The notes beneath the pieces were generated by a model. The model was not told the origin of the DNA, searched no databases, and saw only the letters and a list, made by a program, of their open reading frames with translations. Shown here one piece after another: positions 51,242 to 63,784 of a stretch of 64,000 bases of DNA; positions within the stretch are counted from its first letter, which is position 1, and each line of letters opens with the position of its first letter. The stretch comes from Rozella allomycis CSF55 (Eukaryota): contig KE561209.1 in the NCBI GenBank assembly GCA_000442015.1, forward strand, positions 248,001-312,000, written 5' to 3'. The translations under genes and the position numbers were made by a program.

Positions 51242-52302
51242 ATGCAACATTTCCCGCTTGAAATTTGGCTGGTAATTTTATCGCACTTAAGCCTAAATGA
51301 TATGAAACAAATGATTAGAACATCACCCTACATTCGTCTACTCATCTTGGACTTCATTCTTCATCAAGATCCTGCAGTGACTATTTCTTGGAAATGTCCA
51401 TATGTAATTCAATATCTAATCAAACAATTCTGTGGTATCTGGCTAACCAAAGATATATGTGACGATTTCTTTAGCCACAGCGCGCACAGTAAGAGGTTTG
51501 TGCATTTTTTGAACTTTCTAAAACAAGATGACACTTCTCAAAGNGATGAGTCAATCAATCAAACTGATTTAAATCAAAATTTATTAAATAATTGTAAAAG
51601 TAAATCAACTCATAGCCCTAAAGAAATTAGGATGAAAAAGAATCACTTAATNATTTAGATGACAACGAAAATGATGCGAAACTAATATTGAAAATTCTAG
51701 CTGATAATTTACATAACATTCAGCATTTGCGTCTTCGCTTTCATTACAGTGCATTTTCTTTGTTCAAAAATTTAGACTATTTTTATAATAAACTTTCTTC
51801 GTCTAAAGTGGAGAGTCTTTCCATTCAAAGTAAAGGTGTTAAAATTAGTGATGAAACAATCAAAATACTTGCAAAAAACTATAAAAACCTGAAAAGTTTA
51901 GAATACAGCTTTGATCATAATTTTTTTGATAAAGTCAGATTGTTATTATCAAATTTGAATTCATCTAAAATTGAAAAGCTAAAAATTTCTCTTCCTTTCT
52001 CTTCGCCAGGCCAAATCGATTGGGTCTACTTTGCAGAGAATATAAGAAATGTCAAAGAATTAAGTATCACAGACTGTCACATAACACTGGAAGACCTTGA
52101 AACATTGTTGCAAACACATCCACGTTTGTACCTTCTTGATCTTTCGTCTGCGTTTTTGCATGTTCAGGATTCGGTAAGGTTTGCCGAAGCTATCAATCAG
52201 ACTTCAATCAAACATTTAACGCTTAAGAATAACCAACTTAATGTCAATGAAGTGGAAGAGAGGCTCAAGGGCAAAGTAACACTCACAATAAATAAACAAT
52301 AA
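51242..52302 (+). CDS. F-box/LRR protein(s), interrupted by N joins at 51544 and 51652
   Basis: MQHFPLEIWLVILSHLS F-box; LRRs VESLSI, LKSLEY, IEKLKI, LYLLDLS, IKHLTLKNN. Confidence 0.7.
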
Positions 52303-52478
52303 TCTGCATTAATTTCTATTGTTATTGTCAAATGGATTTTCTTTAGTTTTGAATATTTCATTCCCTACTGACAATTCGTTTGGATTGATGCATGATATCG
52401 TTTTCAAGACGTTCCATTTTCCCGGAGTGTAATCGCATTCAAAAGCGAAAATTCTAACATGCGTACATTTTGAAACCN

Positions 52479-53044
52479 GAGCTGTTAACTATGCGTTCCA
52501 ATTTGCGTGCCAATGTGGGTTATTGCATACAGCTGAAAATTATCTTCAACTTGAACCTTCGGCAGACAAAAACTATGCGATAAGATTAGCGGCAAGAAAT
52601 GGCCACACTGAGATTGGGAAGTACCTTTTAACAAATCCAAGAGTAGACCCAAGTGCAAACTGCAATTTCGCTATTCAGTGGGCTTCAAATTACGGTCATG
52701 CAAATGTTGTTAAACTTTTGCTAGAAGATCCTAGAGTAGACCCAAGTGCAAATGCTAATTTCGCTATAAAGTGGGCTTCATATAATGGTCACGCATATGT
52801 TGTTAAACTTTTGCTTGCAGATTCTAGAGTAGATCCTAGTGCAAATGACAATTTCGCTATAAAGTGGGCTTCATATAATGGTCACGCAGATGTTGTTAAA
52901 CTTTTGCTTGCAGATTCTAGAGTAGATCCTAGTGCAGATGATAATATCGCGATAAAGTCGGCTTCACAATACGGCCACGCAGAAGTTGTTAAACTTTTGC
53001 TTGCAGATTCCAGAGTAGATCGTTACAATAATGCTATTCAGTGA
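52479..53044 (+). CDS. Ankyrin-repeat protein (VDPSANDNFAIKWAS type), 5' truncated
   Basis: Near-identical 102-bp/34-aa repeats with GHADVVKLLLADSRVDPSA. Confidence 0.9.
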
Positions 53045-53586
53045 ATCAGCGGGCTATTTATGGAGATCATGTAAGTGTTCTTAAACTTTTGCTTGAAGAT
53101 AGTTGGCACATGGGCTAATTACAATTTCGCTATTCAGTGTGCTTCCAAATATTGTGTTACAATTTAGATGCGCTTAACGTACAAATTACAATTACAGATG
53201 CACTTCACCTTTCAGATTCCAGATAACAATTAACAATACCAACTTGATTTCTTGCTGGAAAAACTCATGTTTATTTATATTCCCATCCAAATCAATACAT
53301 ATTAATTTGTTCTAAAGTCTACTCAAGTATTTTATCTTTGCGAGAGTGTGAGGCGGAACTAACGAAATCTATTCCTTCTCTTATATGCAGCATCAGAGGG
53401 CATTTTGATATGTATTTAAGCAAGTCCGTTTATTCTTTGGCTGACCCGCCCATTAGCAATACAGTTACATCGCGACATAGAGCAAATAAAAATTCGTGGC
53501 AAATAATTAAACTGACACAAATAATCGAATAATGTGTATTTGATATCTTAATTTTAGAGGGTAACTAAATTTATTAATTGAATACT

Positions 53587-53900
53587 CTAACGTGCAAATA
53601 TTCTTGATCTGATAGATGAAGATATTGATTTTATAGTTGACGCCCTTTTCAGTGATGGCGAGGTGCTAGCCCCACTTTTAGTATTCTCCCGCGCAAACAA
53701 AGCTCTAGCATTCTTTGATTTGACTTCACTTAACATTTTGGAATACTCATCTGCACCCAATTTTTGTTGATACGCCTGTGTATTCTTGCCGAAATTCTGA
53801 TTTGCGGCAACAGCTTTAGAAAAGTATTTCAACGCATCATTCCTCGTCTGGTTGTCTAGGTTCGAATTGTGCAATTTTGAAGTGAGTTTCTTGATAGCAG
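53587..53900 (-). CDS. 3' fragment of a hypothetical protein
   Basis: Open frame from N53901 to the stop at 53587; no family recognised. Confidence 0.45.
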
Positions 53901-53924
53901 NAAAGTCGTATCTAGAGGAATTAA

Positions 53925-54350
53925 ATGGCTACAAACTATTATCTAGTCATCGTAGATGCAAATGACCATCCTGTATATGAAGCAGAATATGGTCCATTAT
54001 CCAGAGGTGAAGTAAAAAAGGAAGATTGGAGACAACTTATACAATTCATAGCATATTCATCACTAGATGTCATTGATGAATCTATAATGAATTCAAATGG
54101 ATTTTATTTTAAAGTTATTGATAAATTTAATGAGTGGTTTGTATCGGCACATATTACTCCAAGTGGAATGAGAATGGTTGTTTTACATGATGCGCGAAAT
54201 GAAGACGCGATTAAAAATTTTCTTTTTGATTGTCATGAACTATATTCAAGAATGCTGCTGAGTCCTTTCTTTGATCCGAATAGTTCGATACAATCTGTAC
54301 ATTTTGATTCCAAAGTTAAAGCTTTAATGAAGAAATACTTTCAAATTTAA
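53925..54350 (+). CDS. TRS20: TRAPP subunit 2 (sedlin/Trs20)
   Basis: YYLVIV..NDHPVYE, QFIAYSSLD, IDKFNEWFVSA, IKNF, LSPFF. Confidence 0.95.
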   Translation: MATNYYLVIVDANDHPVYEAEYGPLSRGEVKKEDWRQLIQFIAYSSLDVIDESIMNSNGFYFKVIDKFNEWFVSAHITPSGMRMVVLHDARNEDAIKNFLFDCHELYSRMLLSPFFDPNSSIQSVHFDSKVKALMKKYFQI

Positions 54351-54406
54351 TTAAGTAAATCAACAATAGAATGTAAATATCATTTAGTTTTATTGAGAAG
54401 GAGCTT

Positions 54407-55632
54407 CTATTTTTTCTTTTTAGTTGTTTTCTTTTTACCCTCATCCGCCTATTTTATAAAACATTTTTCACTTACTTTTCTCTTTGGAGTGCTATTTGCA
54501 GCGACAGGTGCTTTCTTGAAATAAGAATCTAAACGATTTTGGACCTTGGCTTCCTTTGCTTTTAAAAGCTTCTTGACCCCATTCTTCACTCTGTCTTCAC
54601 TGAATCCTTTCTTCTTCACCAAAAATTCTATCAATTCTTCTTCATTTGGAGCTTCCCACTTTAAAACTACGTTGGAGACATCAGGAAGAACTTCTGGTGC
54701 CTTAAACAATTCCCTCGCCTGTTCAAAGGGCCAATCTTCAGGAATCTCATACTTTTTCTTATCTAAAGACTCTAATATCTTTTCAAGGCTTCCATGAGTC
54801 TTCATCAAATTCACCGCTCTGTGAGGCCCAATCCCCTTGATGGAATCACAATAATCACAGCCTAACAAAATACACAAATCAATAAACTAAAAATATTCGA
54901 GTAATAAACTTACCTGATCCATCGTCATTTCAAGCCCATCCAAAACCTTTTCAAGATTGATTTCGCTGATTGGCATTTTCCTTGCCTCACTAAACGTTAA
55001 ATGTCGAGAAAGAATTGGAGATCCAAAAGTTAAAGTATCCATATCCTCGGATCCAGCTGAATAAACTTTTCCTGCTTTGCAAAGTGCCGCACATTGAGCC
55101 TCTGCTTCGCACGGTGCCTTTGCTAACCAAATAAAATGTTTACTTCGATGTAAGGAATTCCCATTAAAGATAATAACTTTTTACAATCTTCATTATGTTG
55201 CTTTGTTACTTTCACAGTTCTCTTAGTGAATTTGTCGACCGTTTCCATATCGCCTTGAAATCTTCAAAATTTATACATACCATCCTCTTGTGCTTTTTCT
55301 GCAGCTTGTTCTGCCTCTTTACGCTTTTCTAATCTTTTCGCCAGCTCCCCGCTCTTCATGGTGGGAGGTTTGCCATCAAACACGTAAACTGGTTTTATAC
55401 CATGCTCAACCATTCGTATGGTCCTCGTAAATAATCCTACAATATGACTAGTCTCTTCCCCGTCGCTATTCATCAAGGCACTTCCTTCGTTTCGGATTGC
55501 GATCAGAAATTGATAGATCGACATACTAGCATCTATTGCAACTTTTCTTCCAAAATATTGCTGAATAGAAAATTCTTTGATAGCATCAGGAGCGTGATCG
55601 GCAATCACTTTTGAAAGTTGGTGAATTCCCAT
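54407..55632 (-). CDS. FEN1: Flap endonuclease 1
   Basis: [49 protein letters not shown] box QNRLDSYF. Confidence 0.98.
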
Positions 55633-55779
55633 TCAAAGAAAAAAGTTGTAAAAATCTAAAACTTGCAACAATGGAAGCACATTAAAATCTTTTCAAAGAC
55701 ATTTCAAACATTTTAAATTTGTTGCTACTTGCTGAAAAAAGTTTAATGTTTAATCTAAAATTCCTGGTGGCTTTTGCAA

Positions 55780-56295
55780 ATGACACGATTGAGAATCAAT
55801 GAAGACAATACATTCAATAACAATGCGAAAGACATTAAAGAAAAGTTGTTAGAAATCCAAGCCGAGGATGATAAAAGCAAAAGAAAATTTACTCTAGTAC
55901 TCGAAAACGTCTTTTGGATAACGGCTGGAATCTTTGTGCTATGGTACTCTGACATTATAAATATTTTGATGTCGAAAAATTCTCATCTGAACTGGTAAAT
56001 CATGGAGGAATCTCTTAATCTCAGGACATTCCTTTATATGTCTATTTTGACAGGCACCGTATTTATTTCAATATTCATTTATACCAATTTCTACCTGTCC
56101 AAAAGGTTAGGAAAAAATTATCTCTTTGAAAATTGGAAGGAAGAAATTCCTATGGCCATCAATTTGGCGACATTATCAGGCATAACATCCATCGTTACTT
56201 TTACAATAGGAATCTATGGCTACTATGGCATATTATCCATTATTTATACTCTAATTTTAACTTTTTCATCAATCACTCTGCTTGGATTGTTTTGA
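55780..56295 (+). CDS. TMEM128-like small membrane protein
   Basis: FWITAGIFVLWY, IFIY, WKEEIP.AI..AT; four TM segments; one 30-nt intron. Confidence 0.6.
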
Positions 56296-56330
56296 ATCAG
56301 TCAAGGTTTAATAAATTTCGAAAGTGATTC

Positions 56331-57343
56331 ATGTGTAGTTTTAGCTTTACTTTTTCGATAGCACTTGCTTTTGTTGTGAGCTTAATAATAGTAATATTTT
56401 TATGTGTCAAATTTGAGTTAAGAATGGTTAGTGTGAAACGCTTTCGAAATATGATTCAGACTGACTGCGCTTTCGAATATCTCGATTTGAAAACAAAGAG
56501 GAAAAAACGGTTCAATAAATTGGAAGATGCCGAAACATGCTACCTGTCAGTTGTAATACCTGCTTACAATGAGTCTGAACGAATCATCAAAATGCTCGAT
56601 GAAACAATTAGCTATTTAACCAAAAATAATTATGATTTTGAAATCATAGTTGTGAATGACGGCAGCAAAGATGACACTGTATCTGTGGTTGAAACCTATC
56701 GATTGGCAAATAATATACATCGATTAAAGGTTTTAAGTTACCAGGATAATCTTGGAAAAGGGGGTGCCGTAACTACAGTACATTGAAATTTGCCTTGTAA
56801 TACTAGGGAATGTTGAATGCTTCCGGAAAGTACATTCTTTTTGCCGATGCAGATGGTGCATCAAATTTTGAAGAGATAAAGAAACTCGAAAATGCTATTA
56901 TACAAGAAAAATTCGATGCAGCGTTTGGTTCTCGAGCTCACATGGTCAATACTGCTGCTGTTGTAAAGGTATAACGTCGCTTCTGTTCGTGTTAGAGATC
57001 AATTTTGAGGAACATTTTGATGAAATGTTTTCATTTCTATTTGTCTATAATGGGCATTCGTGATATCGCTGACACACAATGCGGATTCAAAATGTTCACC
57101 AGGGACAGTGCCAGACAAATCTTTTCAAACATGCATGTGAAGGGTTGGATATTTGATATTGAAGTTATCATTTTGTTGAGATTCTTTAAGAAGAAGATTA
57201 AAGAGATTCCTATTACTTGGCATGAAGTGCCGGGTTCGAAAATGTCGTTAATGTCTGATTCGTTCCAAATGGCTCTTGATTTATTCTTAATACGTTTCAA
57301 CTATTTTACCAAATTTTGGAACATAAAACACCATCAGCAATAA
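56331..57343 (+). CDS. ALG5: Dolichyl-phosphate beta-glucosyltransferase
   Basis: [48 protein letters not shown]. Confidence 0.95.
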
Positions 57344-57400
57344 AAAAGGCTTTGCATTAATCTTTTTCAACGTGATCATATTCAGCCTGAAATTTCGTTA

Positions 57401-58044
57401 ATGTCAGCAGACGTGGAATCTGCCGTGCCTCAAGGAAACATTGGAGCTCCTCCACCACAGCAGCAATCAATTCTTCAACAATCAAGGTAATCTTTAATTT
57501 GTCAATCTGAAAGCCATCCTGTAGCTTTAGTTTTCCATTTATTATTCAGAACATGTGCTCTAGTTTTTTACTTGATACTATCTTATGCAATTAAAAATTT
57601 TATACTCGTGTTTGTTATAACTGTTCTTTTACTATCATTTGATTTTTGGACCGTCAAGAATGTTACAGGAAGGTTGCTTGTGGGCTTAAGATGGTGGAAC
57701 ACAATTAAGCCTGATGGTTCTAATGATTGGGTATTCGAGTCTAAACCAGTAAAAATATTTCAAATTATTATTCGGCACATATAATTGTAAATCCAGTTGA
57801 TTCCAGAGTGTTTTGGTGGAGTTTGTACATTTTTGCTGGAATTTGGTGGTTGCTAGCATTAACAAGTATTCTGACTCTAAGTATATCTTGGCTGATGATT
57901 GTTATGGTTGCCATAATGTTGAATATGGCTAACGTAGCTGGATTTTCCAAATGTGATAAGGAAGCGAAGAAAAGGGCTGCCGGTGCTCTTGGACAAGGAA
58001 TTGTGGGCCAAATACTTTCAAATAGGTTAGGAAATATATTTTAG
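57401..58044 (+). CDS. TVP23: Golgi membrane protein Tvp23/FAM18
   Basis: HPVALVFHL, DFWTVKNVTGRLLVGLRWWN, WVFES..NPVDSRVFW. Confidence 0.95.
57749..57774 (+). other. Putative non-canonical GT-CG intron, 26 nt
   Basis: gtaaaaatatttcaaattattattcg; removal gives WVFESKP|AHIIVNPVDSRVFW. No in-phase AG nearby. Confidence 0.75.
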
Positions 58045-58061
58045 AATGAATAAAAGTTCTG

Positions 58062-59447
58062 TCAATTTATTATTTTTACGTAATTGCCTTGATATTATAC
58101 CTGGGTTGAATTTACTTGGAAAGACACCAGATTCACCTGATTGTAGTTTACCTTCCCACCAAGCATCTCCTTCGGGCTGTTTTACAATTTGTATTCGATC
58201 ATTGGCTTTAAATGATAAATCACCAGGTTGTTGAGCTGTGAAATCGAATAATGCGACAGCAAATGTAATCCGAGGAGGGGTAGGGAGGGGAACCCTCTTT
58301 TTATTGGCAGCTGCAGTGGCAAGACTCCCTGTGGAGTTGTTTGGAGACGGACCTTTCAAAATTGGATATATTCCTTTTTCTTGATTTTCGACCGGGCTTT
58401 TTATAGATGAAGGAGCAGAAGAAGTATCACTTTCGGACTTGCCACCTATCTCAATTAATATCTTGGAATACCTTTCTTTCCCATTTTTAAAAGGGCTAAA
58501 TCATCCACCAATTTAAGGACTTCCTCGCGTTCTTTCTTAATGAGCTCCACAATACCTTGTCCATAGGAATTTGATTTATCTAAAATTTGTAAATAGCTGC
58601 AAGCAGCATCAAAGAAATTCTTCTGAAAACAAAATATGGACTCCAAAATTGGTTTCATGAGCTCTTCACGCAGTTGGAAAAAGACTGGAAGATCAGTCTT
58701 CAGAACATTATTGTATTGATCATATTCACTTTTAGACTCGTCAAGTAATTGTTGTTGCTTTTTATTAGGATATTTCACTTCTTACTTTTGCCAGTTTTCG
58801 CTCATCAACAGGACTTGATGTAGAATTCGACTTCATTTTTTGATACGAAAGTCTATGACGATCATAATCTACTAATTTATGCGATCGTTTCTTCATTTTT
58901 TCTTTGATTGGTTTCATTATTGTCAAAACTTGTGCTAAAACACTTATTACATTTTCTTCTATAAAAGTATTCTAAATTAATTAGTGGAATGTAAGTGTTA
59001 CAACTTGATTTTCAAGACTGCTCTTTAATTCATTGACCTTCCCAATGTACTTAGTGGCCATGTCGCAAGCATCTAATCGTTTCTTTTCATCTATTTCTAC
59101 AGCCATTCCTTCATCAGAGGGAAGAGGTTGAAAAATATCTTTTATCACACTAGCAAATGACGCTTGATGTTCTAATAAACCTACTATTTTGCATAAGACA
59201 GGTTTACTAATTGAGGATTCTTTAAATTTCTTTGCATTCTCTAAAAGCTTAGCAATTGAAGCCTCAACTTCATTAAAATACGTTTCCATCTGTTTATATT
59301 CTTCGTCAACAGTACCTAGACAATTTTAGTTTTTGCTTTATACTTTCAACAGATCCTGCAGCAGACTTAACCATATGTGGCAACCTATTGAATGCTTTTT
59401 GAACGCCCTTCCTATATACAATGCTTCTAACACTATTACCAACTCAT
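58062..59447 (-). CDS. RVS167: BAR-SH3 amphiphysin (Rvs167/Hob1-like)
   Basis: Spliced start MSWKGVQKAFNRLP, KRSHKLVDYDRHR, LKTDLP, SH3 ALFDF..QQPGDLSF..WWEG..GVFPSNYV. Confidence 0.92.
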
Positions 59448-59466
59448 CTTGTTTGAAATTTACAAA

Positions 59467-60557
59467 ATGGTGCAATTTTTTCCTAGTGCTCAAACGACAA
59501 CTTTTGAACAGAAAAGTGAACAAAAATTACCGTTTATTATAAGGGCTATTAAATTTTGTTCTTTTGGAAATGATAAAGCTATTTTGGCTGTCGGTATGTT
59601 TGTTGAAAGATTTCAATCAAGGAACTGACCAAAGCGTTGTTCTTATGGAATATAAAAGAGAGAATGAGAAAATAGAAGTAATCAAGGAGTATCCTTTGGA
59701 TTCTCGATGTACAAGTTTTGATTGGAATCATCAAACTTACGTGTCTGGAGACCAACAATTCTTTTCGTAAATACTATCTTTTTTGAAGAAAGATTTGCGG
59801 TGGCGTGCAGCAATAAATACATAATATGGAAGAATGAAAAAAATAATGATTCGAAAGTTTTAAAGTACACAAGCTATATTAATGATATTTCATTTTGTAC
59901 GGTGCCAGATCAACAACATGGGGATTTGTTAGCGACAGTCTCGGGTACAATTTTAAATGTAATGTAAAAGACAATCATTATTTTTGTATTCATACCTCTA
60001 ACGATCAAGAAATCCCAGTGAAGATTCATTTAGATTCAATTGGACAAAGAGTTGAATGGAGTGACAGGAAAACCGATATTTGTTTAATAGCGCAGCTCAA
60101 TGGAATCGTTAGTATTTTTGATTGGAAAATGAAATCTATTATCACAAACTGCTACATTGAAGTTCCGCCAATTGTCTCGTACACTTTTGACGCCACTTGG
60201 GATAAGAAAAACTTGCAAAAGTAATCAAGTGTTTAAAATTAATATAGAATTGTATGCGTCGGAGGTGATCAATTGTCTATTTTTGATCTGAAGGACGAAG
60301 AAGCACCTATTGTTTTTCCATCTTATAAACATTCTTATTGCGATCAAAAGCCTTTTCTTGTAAGGTTTAGTGATCATTCTCCATACATTTTAAGTGCAAC
60401 AAGAAACAGGCATTTCTTCCTTCACAATTCTGAATATCCTCAATTGCCTCAGAACTGTCGATTGGATTCAAACATTATAGACGCAACCTGGCTTGGAAAG
60501 TCCAACGAATTCATCATTGCGACTTCAAAAGAACTTTTAATATATCGAATTCTCTGA
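59467..60557 (+). CDS. WD40 protein, Nup37-like
   Basis: Spliced AIKFCSFGNDKAILAVG, RCTSFDW, SYINDISF, LLATVSD, CLIAQLNGIVSIFD. Confidence 0.6.
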
Positions 60558-60570
60558 TAATACACTTTAT

Positions 60571-61272
60571 TTATGATTTTCGTAATTGTTCTAATCTTGC
60601 CTGTAATTCTGCATCAGTGTCCATTTCTTTATTTGGTAGAGACGCATTACCCATCTAATATATCGTTGATTAAGTTCAAGTTACTTTTTGTTGCAAATCT
60701 ATACCTATTTCATCCAAAACTTGATTGATTATATTTTCTCCCTCCTCTTCGTCATCCTCTTCATCAAATGCATCGTCTATAGCATCGTTCATCATTTCTT
60801 CTTTCATATCCATCATCTCTCCTTGCTTGTCAAATTCCATCATTATTTTTTGAATCCCAGGCAAGTTTACACGTTTATTCATAGCCCCCATAGCCTTTGT
60901 TACCCCCTTCATAGCTTCTGCCATTTGATGATTAGATTTCATAGTCTATTTATCCATTTCATTTTTATTGTACTTGAATTCTCAGCGATACAGCTTGTAA
61001 TTGCGCCTTCATCTCAAAGAATTTTTGAATGTATCTTCTTGTTCGAACCAAGTCTTTCGCCATAATTTTTAAAGGGCCCTTTTATGTAAAGGAATATTTT
61101 CTACCTGCTGGCCTTCTTTAGCGGCCTTTTTTATGTCTCCGATAAGTTTCTTTTCCTGTTGTTGTAGTTTTCCCCTTTCTCTTTCGAGTTCACGAACAGC
61201 TTTCTGAATCACCCGCTGGTGCTCTCTCATTAATTCCGCGGGTGTTTTTGATCTTCCAAACAATAGCTGCAT
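60571..61272 (-). CDS. VPS2: ESCRT-III subunit Vps2/CHMP2A
   Basis: LFGRSKTP, RELERER, MAEAMKGVTKAM, MDMKEEMMNDAID, LQARLEQLRK. Confidence 0.96.
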
Positions 61273-61349
61273 TTATCGTATATTGTGAAAGGGTTGTGGT
61301 GGCTCAATAATTTCGCCCTTGAATTATACTAAAAATAGATTTGGAAATG

Positions 61350-62505
61350 TCATTTATTAAAAAAAGTCGCTACTGCGTATGCATCCAAAGGGGACTTCCA
61401 TTGAATGTTCAGATCATCACAATAAAAGAAAGGCGTCTTTTTTACAATTTCAGTTGACAATTTATCTTGATTTGTTCCTATTTTTGAACGATGTACAAAA
61501 CCATTTAGTTCCGCAAGCTCATTTTTGTTTAAAAGTCTGCAAATAGATTTAACCCTATCTATGTGACTTATAACTAGCGGACTTTGTTCAGGGGAATCCA
61601 ACGAATGAAAATATGCCTCAGATAAGTAAGTCAAAATATGGCCAATACGTCCACCCAGAATTTTAAATAAATCTTCCACATTGCCATTATTGTCGTTTTT
61701 GTAGAAGGATAACATATATTTCACTTGTTCAAAGGTTAAATCTGGTATGCGTGTTATTTTCCCTTCACTATAAAGCGGGTTATAAATGGAGCTTCTTTGT
61801 ACAAGTATGACGTGTGCAATTTGCGTATGCACACTAACAGTAAGGAAGAAATGACAAAGAAGTTTTGACCACTTCTCTTTTCCTGGCCAAAAATATTCTG
61901 CGTCGTCCATTAGCATTACCAAGTAGTCGTTCCAACCATTTTCTTTAAGTTTTTGAATTGTTGATATAGATTTTCTCATTATTTCATTGGTATCAAAACC
62001 GGAGGGGTCATTTGTTTGGCGGAAAAGTAACGACTATTACTAATGAATGAAAAAATTACTTTCAACCTTTCTTTGGACCAATCTTCATAGATCAATTTTT
62101 TATAAGCTCTTTGCTCTTGACCAATTTCATTAAACAATGAATGAAATCTTTTAAGAATGGCATCATGAATAGCCGTATCTTCTTGTGAATAATCAATGTC
62201 AAAGCTTATTATTTTTACTCTTTTTGATTGATTATTAGCAATTCTTCCAATTAGCCAACTTTTGCCTGAAAGCGGCGGTCCCGAAATATGATGTATGGAA
62301 GGAACGCATTTAATTTCATTCAACATGTAAGATTCTAATTCCAGTCTTGGAAAAGACTTTTTGAAATTAAAAGAAGAAAGAATATCAGGTGCTGTAGGCT
62401 CTGTTACAATTTTGTAATGTTATTACCGCCAACGGTTTTCACAAGAAAAGAAGTTAATCCAACAGCATTGCTGGTATTTAATTTTGAAACAAAGTCTTTC
62501 AGCAT
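61350..62505 (-). CDS. P-loop NTPase of unknown function (archaeal-ATPase/STAND-like)
   Basis: Walker A ISGPPLSGKS, Walker B-like LVMLMDDA, LGGRIG; intron 62034-62059 joins the two ORFs. Confidence 0.65.
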
Positions 62506-62555
62506 TATGAAATTGAATAGTTAAAGTTTATTTGAATATCAAGCCACTGAAAAAT

Positions 62556-63784
62556 ATGACTCAGTTTGTGGCGGATATACTAAAGGTATCAGCTGAGCAG
62601 TCGTGTAATCTTTTGAGAATTAAAATACCTGAGCTGAATGGCACCAATGACAAAAATATTAGATTAGCGAGACTATTGACTAACACATGCCATTTACAGA
62701 TTTGCTTTCAGACCACTGAAAGTGTCCCGTTTGGATATAGAAAGCTGGGTTATTTTTGTATTCCAGAAGAGCACGTAAAAATTATAAAGCAAACCATTCT
62801 GTTTGTGTATCCAGAGGAAATTCATGAAATAAATGGTGTTGGTTTTTATAAGAAAGAAAAACATTTGGAAGTTATTGCCCCACAATACTCTAACAAGGCG
62901 TCAAGCTATTCAAAAAGGTTGATACCCTCAGAAATAACCAACATTTCATGCAAAAATTGCTCGGCACCGCTATTAAAACCTGACTTTTACTCGTTGCTTG
63001 AAACTCCAAACACATATTGGCTAGAATTACTAGATTGTTGGATGTGTCATCATGACATGGAACTTTGCTTTGATAAGAATACCATATCTCCCAGAGGAAG
63101 GAAAATTTTAATAAATACCACTCATATTCTTTTGAGTGAAAATCAAATGGACAATGTAATAAAGACACAAAACAATGTAGCAGCTTGTGGTTCATGTTCT
63201 TGTCCCATTGGCCAGCGAGCCATAAGAGAAAATGATAGTATTGTTATATATTTTGACAAAAGAAATGTTATTTTAAATGTTGTAAAATACACAAGCATTT
63301 TGAAATAGAATCTTGACATTTGTAAAGAAGTTACCTTTGATTCATTTTCTATTGTATTCAACAAGATAATTGAAGAATTAGATGCGAATTCATGCTACCG
63401 TTTAATATTAGAAAGTATCGAGTCCGACAGAAAGTTGATAATTCAAGTAAGAAGTTATTCTCAAACTTATAGTTTTGGATGGTCTCCTTAAACGTGACTA
63501 GATTTATAATAAAAGACAATATCAAAGATGAGATCTCTTTTGAAAATATAAAAGACCTGTGGAATAAAGAAAATTGCTACAAGATAATGTTCAAATCCCA
63601 TGAATGTGAAAGTAATGATATCGAAGAATGGAAGAATGACGAAGCGGTTGAAATTCTTTCCTTTCCAAGAGACATGCTCTCTGAATTTTATGATAACTTG
63701 AAAATAAACATTTGCCCACACGCAGTGGCAATGGAGAAAGGGTTTCAGGTGTCATATTTAAAGCATTACGTGTGCAAACTATAG
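62556..63784 (+). CDS. IPA1: HECT-like protein Ipa1/UBE3D (HECT_2)
   Basis: ISCKNC, PNTYWLELLDCWMCHHD, CGSCSCPIG, C-terminal FQVSYL. Confidence 0.85.
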
